DNA of 64,000 nucleotides, taken from Acidimicrobiia bacterium. GTDB taxonomy: Bacteria; Actinomycetota; Acidimicrobiia; Acidimicrobiales; Aldehydirespiratoraceae. Each line of letters starts with the position of its first letter. Within the stretch, counting starts at the first letter, position 1. The notes below the pieces were generated by a model. That model was not told the origin of the DNA, did no database searches, and worked only from the letters and a program-made list of their open reading frames with translations. The stretch covers positions 25,811 to 89,810 of the forward strand of contig JAJEDD010000034.1 of the NCBI GenBank assembly GCA_022821685.1, in the 5' to 3' direction. The position numbers and the translations under genes are program-made. Positions 27,345-35,979 of the stretch are shown in pieces.

Positions 27345-29162
27345 TTAGGTGGCGCACTCCGAGGCGCCGGTCTGCACTGCGTATGGTCCGGTCTCGTCGA
27401 AGTCCACATAGAACGACGGATCAGTCTCGAAGGCGGGGAACTCGTCGAGATCCTTGAGTCCCTCGGCCACGGCCCGGACGCCGCCGGCGCGCTCCATCCA
27501 GTCCCGGAAGCTCTCGGTGGCCCGGCGCTCGCCGACGAAGCGGCGGATCACCCGCACGGCGGCCTCGGGGGCGTTGCGGGCGGGCAGGCGCAGGGCCTTC
27601 TCGCCGAAGTGCATCTGCTGGGCGCCGATGTAGCCGCCGAGCAGCATCTGGTAGCCGGGGGCGCTGCGTCCGTTGGCCCGCCGCTCGGCCCCGAAGAAGC
27701 CGATGTCCGACGCGTGGTGCTGGCCGCAGGAGTTGGGGCAGCCGGAGATGTTGATGCGGATGCCGCCCACCTCGGCCAGGCCCTCGTCCTCGAGGCGCCG
27801 GCCGATGGCGTCGCCCAGGCCGCGGCTCTGGGTGACGGCCAGGTTGCAGGTGTCCGAGCCGGGGCAGGCCACCACATCGCGGGCCAGCTCCGCGCCGGGG
27901 CGGGCCATGTCGATGGCGGCCAGCCGGTCGTGGACCGCCCGCAGGTCGTCGGGGTGCAGGCCCCGGAACACTGCGTTCTGGCGGTTGGTCAGCCGCACGT
28001 CGGCGCCGAGGTCGCGCTGCAGGGCGGCCAGGGCCCGGAACTGGTCGCCGGTGATGTCGCCCAGATAGGCCTGGGCGTACACCGAGACGGAGCCGTCGCG
28101 TACGCCCCGCACCACGTTGGCCCGCTCCCAGCGCTGGTAGGCGGTCCCCGTGCCGATGGTGACCGGCGTGCCGTGGCCGATGGCGGTGGCCGCGGCCGGA
28201 TCGATTGCGCCGGCGGGGTCGTCGCCGTCGATCTGCACCTCGGCGGGGATCCCGCCCGGCCAGGAGGTGGACGCCACCAGGAACTTGCGCTGGGTCAACA
28301 CGCGGCGCTGGACCTCCTCGAAGCCGAGGGTGTCGACCAGCCACTTCATGCGGGCCCGCAGCTTGTTGTCTCGGTTGCCGGCCTGGTCGAACACCCGCAG
28401 GCAGGCCTCGATGGTGGGCAGCAGCTCCTCGCGGGGGGTGAAGTCCTCGAGGGCCAGAGCCGGATGGGGGGTGGTGCCGAGGCCGCCCGCGATGAACACT
28501 CTGAAGCCCCGCTCGACCTCGCCGCGGTCGGTGCGGCGCGCCACGCCGATCACGCCCACATCGTTGAACATGGCCTGGCCGCAGTCGGTCTCGCAGCCCG
28601 AGAAGTTGATCTTGAACTTGCGGGGCAGCCGCTGGCTGATCGGGTTGCGCACGAAATGGCGGTAGGCGGCCTCGGCCCACGGGGTTATGTCGAGCTGCTC
28701 ATGGGGGCAGGCGCCGGCCAGGTGGCAGCCCTGAATGTTGCGGACAGTGTCGCCGCAGGCCTCCCGGGTGCTGAGGCCGACCGAGGCCAGATGCTCGAGC
28801 ACCTCGGGAATCCGGTCGAGCTGCACGAAGTGGAACTGGATGTTCTGGCGGGTGGTTATGTGGCCCCAGCCCCGGCTGTAGTTGTCGACCAGCCAGCCGA
28901 TCATCTCAAGCTGCTCGGGTCTGATCGACCCGTAGGGCACCTTCACCCGGACCATCTGGTTGGTGCCGCCCTGGCGTTGACCGTAGATACCGTTGGTGAG
29001 CCGGAAGACCCGGAACACCTCGTCGCTCAGCTCGCCGGCCTCGAAGAGCGCGTACTGCTGGCGGTACTTGTCGACGTCGGCACCGATGGCTGGGTCTACC
29101 GGGCCGCCGGCGGGCGGAGGCGAGGGCGTCGTGGGGGCGATGCGGGGCTCCAGCAGGGTCAT
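27345..29162 (-). CDS. ferredoxin-type nitrite/sulfite reductase (siroheme/4Fe-4S hemoprotein)
   Basis: FRLTNGIYGQRQ, TTRQNIQFHF and Cys clusters SGCPNSCGQHH / ACPGSDTCNLA; 605 aa. Lies downstream of a siroheme-synthase-like gene. Confidence 0.85.
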   Translation of the reverse strand: MTLLEPRIAPTTPSPPPAGGPVDPAIGADVDKYRQQYALFEAGELSDEVFRVFRLTNGIYGQRQGGTNQMVRVKVPYGSIRPEQLEMIGWLVDNYSRGWGHITTRQNIQFHFVQLDRIPEVLEHLASVGLSTREACGDTVRNIQGCHLAGACPHEQLDITPWAEAAYRHFVRNPISQRLPRKFKINFSGCETDCGQAMFNDVGVIGVARRTDRGEVERGFRVFIAGGLGTTPHPALALEDFTPREELLPTIEACLRVFDQAGNRDNKLRARMKWLVDTLGFEEVQRRVLTQRKFLVASTSWPGGIPAEVQIDGDDPAGAIDPAAATAIGHGTPVTIGTGTAYQRWERANVVRGVRDGSVSVYAQAYLGDITGDQFRALAALQRDLGADVRLTNRQNAVFRGLHPDDLRAVHDRLAAIDMARPGAELARDVVACPGSDTCNLAVTQSRGLGDAIGRRLEDEGLAEVGGIRINISGCPNSCGQHHASDIGFFGAERRANGRSAPGYQMLLGGYIGAQQMHFGEKALRLPARNAPEAAVRVIRRFVGERRATESFRDWMERAGGVRAVAEGLKDLDEFPAFETDPSFYVDFDETGPYAVQTGASECAT

Positions 29163-29255
29163 GGCACGGCTCCTAGCGCGGTCAGGGCTGTCGGGTGATT
29201 GCGTGTTGAGGGGCGGTGGACAAGCTGTCGGCGGCCGGCGCGGGAGAGGTGAGCG

Positions 29256-30050
29256 TCACGACGCCAGAGCCTCTAGCAGCGCGCTCAAATCGGTGTGAGC
29301 CTGGTGCGTGGCAGCGGAGTCATTCCCGCTCTTGTTCGCTGCGCTCACGGGCCGCTCGAGCCACGGCCTCGCCCGTGTGGGCCGGATTCGCTCACCTATT
29401 CGCTCGGCCTCCAGGCCGTCGGGGGCGAGTCCGAGGTGGCGCCGCAGCAGGGCCCGGGCCTCGACGGTGCGCCCGACCCTCACCAATTCGAGGAGCCCGC
29501 CGTCGAGCGCGTCCTCCCAGCCGGGCAGTTCCGAGGTGCCGAACGCGGCTTTGGCGTCGCAGCGGGTCTCGGCCAGCAGTTCCAGCAGGGTGGCGTAGCC
29601 CGAGTCGATCTCTCGCTCGATCCGCTGTCGGAGCCAGCGGGCCAGCGCGGGGCTGCGCCCGCCGGTGGAGACCGCCACCTGCAGGTCGCCGCGCCGGGCC
29701 ACCGACGGCAGCGTCAAGGTGCAGTTGTCCGGATCGTCGGCCGAGTTGACGAAGACGTTGGCCGCTTCGCAGTCCCGAGCCACCATGGCGTTGACCGCCG
29801 GGTCGCTGGTGGCCGTCACCACCAGCCGGTAGGCGCCCGACTCACCGGGTTGGTAGGCCCGCCGGTGCCAGACCACCTCGGGATTCTCGGCAATGGCAGA
29901 GACCGCGGCAGGGGCGATCACCGTCACGCAGGCACCGGCCTGCAGCAGCCCTTCCACCTTGCGGGCCGCGACCGGGCCGCCGCCCACAACCAGGACGCGA
30001 TGCCCGGCGAGGCACAGGTTCACGGGATAGGACGGTGGCGTGCTGGTCAT
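29256..30050 (-). CDS. siroheme synthase N-terminal-domain-like protein (precorrin-2 dehydrogenase / sirohydrochlorin ferrochelatase), with a C-terminal extension read from a MITE
   Basis: LAGHRVLVVGGGPVAARKVEGLL (NAD fold) and VSTGGRSPALARWLRQRIE. Start at ATG 30050 (MTSTPPSYPV). The last ~52 codons (LEAERIGERIRPTRARPWLERPVSAANKSGND...) are the MITE sequence read in frame. Confidence 0.75.
   Translation of the reverse strand: MTSTPPSYPVNLCLAGHRVLVVGGGPVAARKVEGLLQAGACVTVIAPAAVSAIAENPEVVWHRRAYQPGESGAYRLVVTATSDPAVNAMVARDCEAANVFVNSADDPDNCTLTLPSVARRGDLQVAVSTGGRSPALARWLRQRIEREIDSGYATLLELLAETRCDAKAAFGTSELPGWEDALDGGLLELVRVGRTVEARALLRRHLGLAPDGLEAERIGERIRPTRARPWLERPVSAANKSGNDSAATHQAHTDLSALLEALAS
29274..29411 (+). 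mobile_element. MITE-like repeat, copy D (full length)
   Basis: ...gcgcgctcaaatcggtgtgagcctggtgcgtggcagcggagtcattcccgctcttgttcgctgcgctcacgggccgctcgagccacggcctcgcccgtgtgggccggattcgctcacctattcgctcggcctc. Confidence 0.7.
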
Positions 30051-30053
30051 CTG

Positions 30054-30147
30054 AATCCGATAATTCCGATAAAACAAGTCAGGATTAGCGAGGGTAGCGG
30101 ACGGCCAATCGCAATACAACACAATCCCGATCAGATTTATCGGGATT
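30054..30147. promoter_or_regulatory. AT-rich promoter region with repeated TCCGAT/TCCCGAT motifs
   Basis: Tandem aatccgata / attccgata at 30054..30071, and a perfect inverted repeat AATCCCGAT-7 nt-ATCGGGATT at 30123..30147. Lies between divergent genes starting at 30050 (-) and 30335 (+). Confidence 0.4.
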
Positions 30148-30334
30148 GGGCGCTTCAAATCGCTCGGCCATTCGCCCGCCCGCTGGCGCTTGCCAGGACC
30201 CCTGTAGAGGTAGCTTCATGGCCGACGGCGGTGAGTCCACCGGAGGGTGCCGTGCCCGACAATCCTCTCGACATGACTGGCCGGACTTTGATGGCCATTG
30301 ACGCGGCGGCTCGCTACCGGCTTGACACAGGGCT

Positions 30335-30652
30335 ATGACCCGGGTCGCCTTGCTGGCTGCGGTGGTGGCCGCCTTGGTTCTCGGCGTCCAGGCCAGTGCG
30401 GCGGCCCACGAGGGCGATGACGAGCCCCTGCCCTCCGACAGCAGCGACGGTCTGCGTCCGGTGTACGAGGTTCCCTCCGGCGCCGATCGGATCATCGGCT
30501 CCCCGGATCCGGGACCCGACCCTCAGCACTCCGGTGACCGGGGTGGGTCGCTCCAGTTCGTCACCCTAGGGGCGGTGGCCGTGGCGGTCGCCTTCATCAT
30601 GTGGCGCATCGCTCGAGCCGTGCGTCGGTCGCCGGCGGACAGCCGCGCCTGA
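30335..30652 (+). CDS. small exported/membrane-anchored protein (hypothetical)
   Basis: N-terminal signal-like LLAAVVAALVLGVQASAAAHEG and a C-terminal TM segment FVTLGAVAVAVAFIMWRI. Confidence 0.5.
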   Translation: MTRVALLAAVVAALVLGVQASAAAHEGDDEPLPSDSSDGLRPVYEVPSGADRIIGSPDPGPDPQHSGDRGGSLQFVTLGAVAVAVAFIMWRIARAVRRSPADSRA

Positions 30653-30674
30653 CCGCTTCCAAGAGGTCGAGCGA

Positions 30675-31196
30675 ATGGGGAAACGGCCGGTGGTGTACAT
30701 GGTGTGCACCGGCAACGCGGCCCGGTCTCCTATGGCTGCGGCCATGCTGAGGGACCTCGACGCCGACGATGCCATCGACGTTCGCAGCGCGGGCACCCTG
30801 GCGTTGGAGGGCCACCCCGTCGGGGCGCGCACCCGGACGGCGCTGGCCCGCCACGGGCTCGTCGACCATGCCCACCGGTCGCGGCAGTTCGGCCGTGACC
30901 ACGCGGCCGACGCCGATCTGGTGGTGGTGATGGAGCCGCTGCACCTGCGGTGGATCCGTCGCAATCTGCCCGAGGCAGCCCCGATCAGCGGGTCGCTGCG
31001 CCGGCTGGCCCGCGATCTGGCCCCGCCTGTCGTCGGCGACCTCGCTCAAAGGGTTAGAGCCTTGGGCTTGCACGCGCTGGAGGTGGAGCCGTGGGAGGAG
31101 ATTGTCGATCCCGCCGCCGGCGATCAGGATGACTTCGACCGCTGCTGCGACGAGCTGCGCCTCCTGGTGGCCGAGTTATTCAGACGCTTGGTTTGA
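30675..31196 (+). CDS. low-molecular-weight protein-tyrosine phosphatase / ArsC-like
   Basis: VVYMVCTGNAARSPMAAAML (CX5R(S/T) P-loop) and a downstream DP motif (EEIVDPAAGD). Confidence 0.8.
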   Translation: MGKRPVVYMVCTGNAARSPMAAAMLRDLDADDAIDVRSAGTLALEGHPVGARTRTALARHGLVDHAHRSRQFGRDHAADADLVVVMEPLHLRWIRRNLPEAAPISGSLRRLARDLAPPVVGDLAQRVRALGLHALEVEPWEEIVDPAAGDQDDFDRCCDELRLLVAELFRRLV

Positions 31197-31269
31197 GCGC
31201 TCAGAAGGGGGCAGTGGCGCGGTCCTGCGACTGCCGTTGTCTGTCGAGTCCCACCACTGGCGTGTCCGC

Positions 31270-32061
31270 TCAGAAGGGGTTGGGCCAGTCGTCGGCGCGG
31301 AGCCGGGCGTCGATGCCGCAGTCCACGAAGAACACCGAGCCGCAGGCGAACCTCGCCGCTGGTGACAGCAGGAACTCCACCCACTGCGCCAGCGTGTCGG
31401 CGTCGGGCGTCTCGGCCACCGGCATGGGGACCGCCTCCATGACCGGGCCGTAGACCTTGTCGGCCAGCACCCGGCGCAGCAGCGGGGTGTCCACCGGCCC
31501 CGGCGCGATGACGTTCAGCCTGATGCCGCTGCCCGCCCATGGTTGCGACGCTGCGGCCCGGCGGCACCAGCGGGTGACGGCCAGCTTCGCGCCTGCGTAG
31601 GCGACGATCTGGGCAAACATCACATCGACTTCGCTCACGATGGCCACCGCGTCGTCCTCGCGGCTATCCAGATAGGCGGCCACCAACTCGTCGGGCAGAT
31701 TCGGCGTGATGGTCGACGAGTTGGAGCCGAACTGCACCACTTGGGCCGAGCCCGAGGCGGCCAGCGCAGGTCGCAGCCCCTCCAGCAGTGCCACCGACCC
31801 GAAGTAGTTGACCCGGGCGATGTGCTCTGCCGCCGCGGGCGGAGCGAGCCCTGCGGCCGAGACTGCGCCGTCGAGCACTCCACCGGCCGCGCCGACGACG
31901 GCATCGACCGCTTCAGCCCGCCCCTCGGCCGTTGCCAGGTCGGCGCGCACCTCGGCGTCGCGCAAGTCGATGCCGATCACACGGTGTCCCGCGGCCTCGA
32001 GCCGGGACCGGGTGGCCGCGCCCATGCCCGAGGCTGAGCCGCTGATCGCGTAGGTGCCCAT
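31270..32061 (-). CDS. SDR-family oxidoreductase
   Basis: Start at ATG 32061 (MGTYAISGSASGMGAATRSRL); YAGAKLAV (YxxxK); IRLNVIAPGPVDTPL. Confidence 0.75.
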   Translation of the reverse strand: MGTYAISGSASGMGAATRSRLEAAGHRVIGIDLRDAEVRADLATAEGRAEAVDAVVGAAGGVLDGAVSAAGLAPPAAAEHIARVNYFGSVALLEGLRPALAASGSAQVVQFGSNSSTITPNLPDELVAAYLDSREDDAVAIVSEVDVMFAQIVAYAGAKLAVTRWCRRAAASQPWAGSGIRLNVIAPGPVDTPLLRRVLADKVYGPVMEAVPMPVAETPDADTLAQWVEFLLSPAARFACGSVFFVDCGIDARLRADDWPNPF

Positions 32062-32128
32062 CACCCCATCTTGCTCTACTGCGAGCGCGGGTGTCGCGAC
32101 TGGAGGGTTGGGGGCCAGACTGTTGGGC

Positions 32129-32860
32129 ATGGACTCTGAGGCAATCGTCAACCAGATCGAGCTCGACGGGCGGCGCCTGATCGAGGTGGCCCGCTCCGAC
32201 CTCGGTGCGGCCGTGCCCACCTGCGGCGACTGGACGCTGCGGGACCTGGCCGGGCACATGGGATGGGTGTACGCCCTGGTGGGCGGCTACGTGGCCAGCC
32301 GTGCCACCGGGCCAATGACTCGCGAGCAGATGCCCCAAGTGCCCGACGACGACTCGGCAGTCGACTTCGCGGCCGACGCCCTCGACCGGCTCGTAGACGC
32401 TCTGGCCGGCATCGATCCCGACACGCCGGTGTGGAACTGGTCGCCCCGGCCCGACGCCGGCTTCTACTTCCGCCGGATGCTGCACGAGACCAGCATTCAC
32501 CGCTGGGACGCCGAGAACGCAGTGGGCGCCACCGCGCCGGTGGACGGCGAGCACGGCCGCGACGGGGTGGACGAGTTCTTCGAGTTCGTGCTGCCCAACG
32601 CCCAGAAGCGCAAGCGCCGGGACCTGCCGGCGGGCAGCCTGCATGTGCATCGCACCGACGGCGACGGCGAGTGGATCGTTCACGCCGACGGCGATGAGGT
32701 CGTCATGGAGCGTGTCCATGCCAAGGGCGACGCCGCGGTGCGGGGGCCGGGGGGCGCGCTGTTCCTGGCCATGTGGAACCGGCTGCCGCTCGACGACGCC
32801 TCGCTGTCGGTGATGGGCGACGAGCAGGTCCCCCGAGCCTGGGCCGCGCTCGCTCCGTGA
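32129..32860 (+). CDS. maleylpyruvate-isomerase-family mycothiol-dependent enzyme (DinB/MDMPI_N domain)
   Basis: MDSEAIVNQIELDGRRLIEVARSDLGAAVPTCGDWTLRDLAGHMG...; start at ATG 32129. Confidence 0.7.
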   Translation: MDSEAIVNQIELDGRRLIEVARSDLGAAVPTCGDWTLRDLAGHMGWVYALVGGYVASRATGPMTREQMPQVPDDDSAVDFAADALDRLVDALAGIDPDTPVWNWSPRPDAGFYFRRMLHETSIHRWDAENAVGATAPVDGEHGRDGVDEFFEFVLPNAQKRKRRDLPAGSLHVHRTDGDGEWIVHADGDEVVMERVHAKGDAAVRGPGGALFLAMWNRLPLDDASLSVMGDEQVPRAWAALAP

Positions 32861-33702
32861 ACGATCCGGCCACCGACACGCACCGGGAGCACCCCGACAC
32901 CGAGCGCTCCCCGGACATCGAGCACTCCGACACCGAGCAACCCGATAGCGAGCACCCCCTGGCACCGGCCGAACCGGCACCGCCGTCCGGACAGGCAATA
33001 GGGCGGTCTCGCCGCCTCGCTCCCAGCCGGAGCAGCCAGCTCGACCAGCTGATGCCGGTGGTGCTGTTCCTGGTGTTCTACAACCTGGACGCAGTCCGAG
33101 TGGCCGGCCTCAACAACATCGAGGTGGCGGTGATCGCGGCCACGGCCTGGTCGATCAAGGCCGCCTACAGCCGGGTGCGGCGGGGCCTGCCCATCGGCAA
33201 GTGGCTGCCCATCATCACCGCCTACCTGGTGGTGCGGGCCGGCGTCGCCGTCGCGGTGGAGCGCGAGCTGGTGGACTTCGGGGTCAGCTCCGAGGCGGTC
33301 TACTTCGGCATCGGCATCGGCACCAAGATCCTGATCGGTCTGGCCGCGGTGGCCACGATCATCGTCGGCAGGCCGTTCGCGCTGTGGGCCGTGCGCTTCG
33401 TCCCCGACCTGCCTGATGATCTGAGACTGGACCGTCGCTTCGTGTCCACTCTGCGCGACGTCACCTGGGTGATCGCGCTCTACGAGCTCGGCTCGTCGGT
33501 GTGGGACATCTGGCTGTACAACAACTCTGGGGTGAGCTGGTTCGTGGCCATCCGTTTCGTGGCCAACTATTTGGTGTCGTTCGTGCTGATCTTCGCCACG
33601 CTGGTGTACGTCGACCGCCGGTTCTCCAAGATCGAGGGCTGCCCGAGCCTGGTCGAGCTGGCAAGCCGGGCCACCCGCCGCCCCTCAAACGCCGGATCGT
33701 GA
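32857..33702 (+). CDS. integral membrane protein with an acidic/His-rich N-terminal tail (DUF3159-like from memory)
   Basis: GTGA overlap with the upstream stop. The N-terminal low-complexity tail HREHPDTERSPDIEHSDTEQPDSEHP is followed by about 6 hydrophobic helices. Confidence 0.55.
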   Translation: MNDPATDTHREHPDTERSPDIEHSDTEQPDSEHPLAPAEPAPPSGQAIGRSRRLAPSRSSQLDQLMPVVLFLVFYNLDAVRVAGLNNIEVAVIAATAWSIKAAYSRVRRGLPIGKWLPIITAYLVVRAGVAVAVERELVDFGVSSEAVYFGIGIGTKILIGLAAVATIIVGRPFALWAVRFVPDLPDDLRLDRRFVSTLRDVTWVIALYELGSSVWDIWLYNNSGVSWFVAIRFVANYLVSFVLIFATLVYVDRRFSKIEGCPSLVELASRATRRPSNAGS

Positions 33703-33735
33703 CCGGCGGTCCGCTCGCATCGCGGGGCCGATAAC

Positions 33736-35874
33736 TCACACAGCGCGGACGCGTCCCGACAGCCGTTGTTCCTGCACGGTGCGCAGCCGCTCCCATTCGT
33801 CGAGCAGACTCGAGTCCACGTCGCGCACCAGCCCGCCCAGCCAGTCGGTCACCTCGGCCAGACGTTCGTCGACCGCGGCCGCCGGCACGGTCTGCACCAG
33901 CGCCTTGTAGCAGTCGGTCAGGTAGCGCAGCACCAGGCCCTCGGAGCGCTTGAGCCCGTAGCGGCTCACGTACTGGTTGAAGGTGTCGGCGTGCTCCACC
34001 ATGTCGCGCACCACCGACTTGGGGCTGGGCCGCAGATGCCCCACCCACGGATGGTGGCGGGCGAAGGTGTCGAAGGCGGGCTCGATGAACTCGGCCTCGG
34101 GCTTGGGCCAGGTGACCTCGGCCAGCCGGGCCATCCGCTCCTGGTACTCCACCCCCTGCTCCTTCATGCGGGTCATCAGCTCGTCGCGGGCCGCGTCCCG
34201 CTGGGCCAGCAGCACCGCCATCGGGTCCTCCAGTACCGACTCCACCACGCTGAGCGCCTGCAGGCCGTAGTCGGGGGCCTCGCAGTCCAGCACCGCGACG
34301 GCCTCCACCGCGAACAGCCCCAGCGGCTGGTTGAGCCGGAACTCGTCCTGGAGGTCGATGTTCACCCGCACCGGGCGGCCCGAGGCGTCGGGCTCGGGCA
34401 GCACCTCCACGATCTCGGCGTCGATCAGCGAGCGGAACACCCCGACCGCCTTGCGGATGTGGCGGCGCTGGCGGGGGCGGGGCTCGTGGTTGTCGACCAG
34501 CAGGCGCTTCATGGCCGCGCAGCCGTCGCCGGGGCGGTCCAGCACGTTGAGCATCATGGCGTGGGTCACGTCGAAGCTCGACTCCAGCGTCTCGGGGGCA
34601 CCCTCCCACAGCCGGGTCAGGGTCTTGTCGTCGTAGTGGGCGTAGCCCCGCTCGGGAGGCTTCTTGCGGACCAGCTTGCGCAGTTTCTTGGGGTCTCCCG
34701 CGGCCCGCATCTCGGCTCGCTTGTTCTCCACCGCGTGCTCGGGGGCCTGCACCCACACGCTGCCCACGGTGTCGAAGCCGCGCCGGCCGGCCCGGCCGGC
34801 GATCTGCTGGAAGTCGCGCACCGACAGCACACGGGTGCGCCGGCCGTCGTACTTGTAGAGCTGGGTGAACAGCACGGTGCGGATGGGAACGTTCACCCCC
34901 ACCCCAAGGGTGTCGGTGCCGCAGATCAGCTTCAGGTGGCCCTGCTGGGCCAGCTTCTCCACCAGCAGCCGGTACTTGGGCAGCATGCCGGCGTGGTGGA
35001 GGCCGATGCCGGCCAGCACGAAGCGGCGCAGGTCCTTGCCGATGGGCGTGTCGAAGCGGAACCCGCCCACCGCCTCCTTCACTGCGGCCTTCTCGTCGGC
35101 GTCGAGCACCCGCAGGCTGGTGAGGCTCTGGGCCCGGGCAGCGGCCTCGCGCTGGGTGAAGTGCACGATGTAGGTGGGGGCGCGTCCGGTGGAGAGCAGT
35201 TGCTCGATGGAGACGTGCAGCGGGGTCTCGCGGTATTCGACGTCGAGGGGGACGGGGCGCTCGGCCGAGGCGACCAGCGCGGTGTCGCGCCCGGTTCGGG
35301 CGGTGAGGTCGCGGCGCAGCCCGGCGGTGTCGCCCAGGGTGGCCGACATCAGCAGGAACCGGGCCCTGGGCATCTCCAGCAGCGGCACCTGCCAGGCCCA
35401 GCCCCGGTCGCGGTCGCCGTAGTAGTGGAACTCGTCCATCACCACCAGGTCGGCGGCGGTGTCGGAGCCCGAGCGCAGCGCCCGCTGGGCCAGGATCTCC
35501 GCGGTGCAGGCCACCACCGGGGCGTCGCCGTTGACGGAGGCGTCGCCGGTGACCATGCCCACATTGGCCGGGCCGAGGGCCTCGGTCAACTCGAAGAACT
35601 TCTCGCTCACCAGCGCCTTGATGGGTGCGGTGTAGACGGTGCGGCGCCGCTGGGCCAGCATGGCGAACGCTCCGGCCAGCGCCACCAGCGACTTGCCCGA
35701 GCCGGTGGGGGTGGCCAGCACCACGTTCTCGCCCGCCAGCAGGCGCAGCACCGCCTCCTCCTGGTGCGGGTACAGCTCGAGGCCGGCCGCCAGCGACCAG
35801 TCGATGAAGGCGTCGAGCAACTCGTCGGCGCCGGGCGTGTCGGGCAGGAAACTGCCAAGAGCGGGCAGGGCCAT
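33736..35874 (-). CDS. DEAD/DEAH-box (Ski2-like) helicase with a long C-terminal domain (DUF3516-like)
   Basis: ATPTGSGKS (motif I), VMDEFHYYGD (DEFH), MSATLG (III), GIGLHHAGMLP, QIAGRAGRRG (VI). Confidence 0.85.
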   Translation of the reverse strand: MALPALGSFLPDTPGADELLDAFIDWSLAAGLELYPHQEEAVLRLLAGENVVLATPTGSGKSLVALAGAFAMLAQRRRTVYTAPIKALVSEKFFELTEALGPANVGMVTGDASVNGDAPVVACTAEILAQRALRSGSDTAADLVVMDEFHYYGDRDRGWAWQVPLLEMPRARFLLMSATLGDTAGLRRDLTARTGRDTALVASAERPVPLDVEYRETPLHVSIEQLLSTGRAPTYIVHFTQREAAARAQSLTSLRVLDADEKAAVKEAVGGFRFDTPIGKDLRRFVLAGIGLHHAGMLPKYRLLVEKLAQQGHLKLICGTDTLGVGVNVPIRTVLFTQLYKYDGRRTRVLSVRDFQQIAGRAGRRGFDTVGSVWVQAPEHAVENKRAEMRAAGDPKKLRKLVRKKPPERGYAHYDDKTLTRLWEGAPETLESSFDVTHAMMLNVLDRPGDGCAAMKRLLVDNHEPRPRQRRHIRKAVGVFRSLIDAEIVEVLPEPDASGRPVRVNIDLQDEFRLNQPLGLFAVEAVAVLDCEAPDYGLQALSVVESVLEDPMAVLLAQRDAARDELMTRMKEQGVEYQERMARLAEVTWPKPEAEFIEPAFDTFARHHPWVGHLRPSPKSVVRDMVEHADTFNQYVSRYGLKRSEGLVLRYLTDCYKALVQTVPAAAVDERLAEVTDWLGGLVRDVDSSLLDEWERLRTVQEQRLSGRVRAV

Positions 35875-35979
35875 TCGGTCCGAAGGCTAGAGCGGGGCGC
35901 GCGTGCGGGTAATCCCGGGCCTGGCGCTGGTGCCGCGCGGGCTAGGACCGGGACAGGCCCCGCTCATAGCGTTGGGCTG

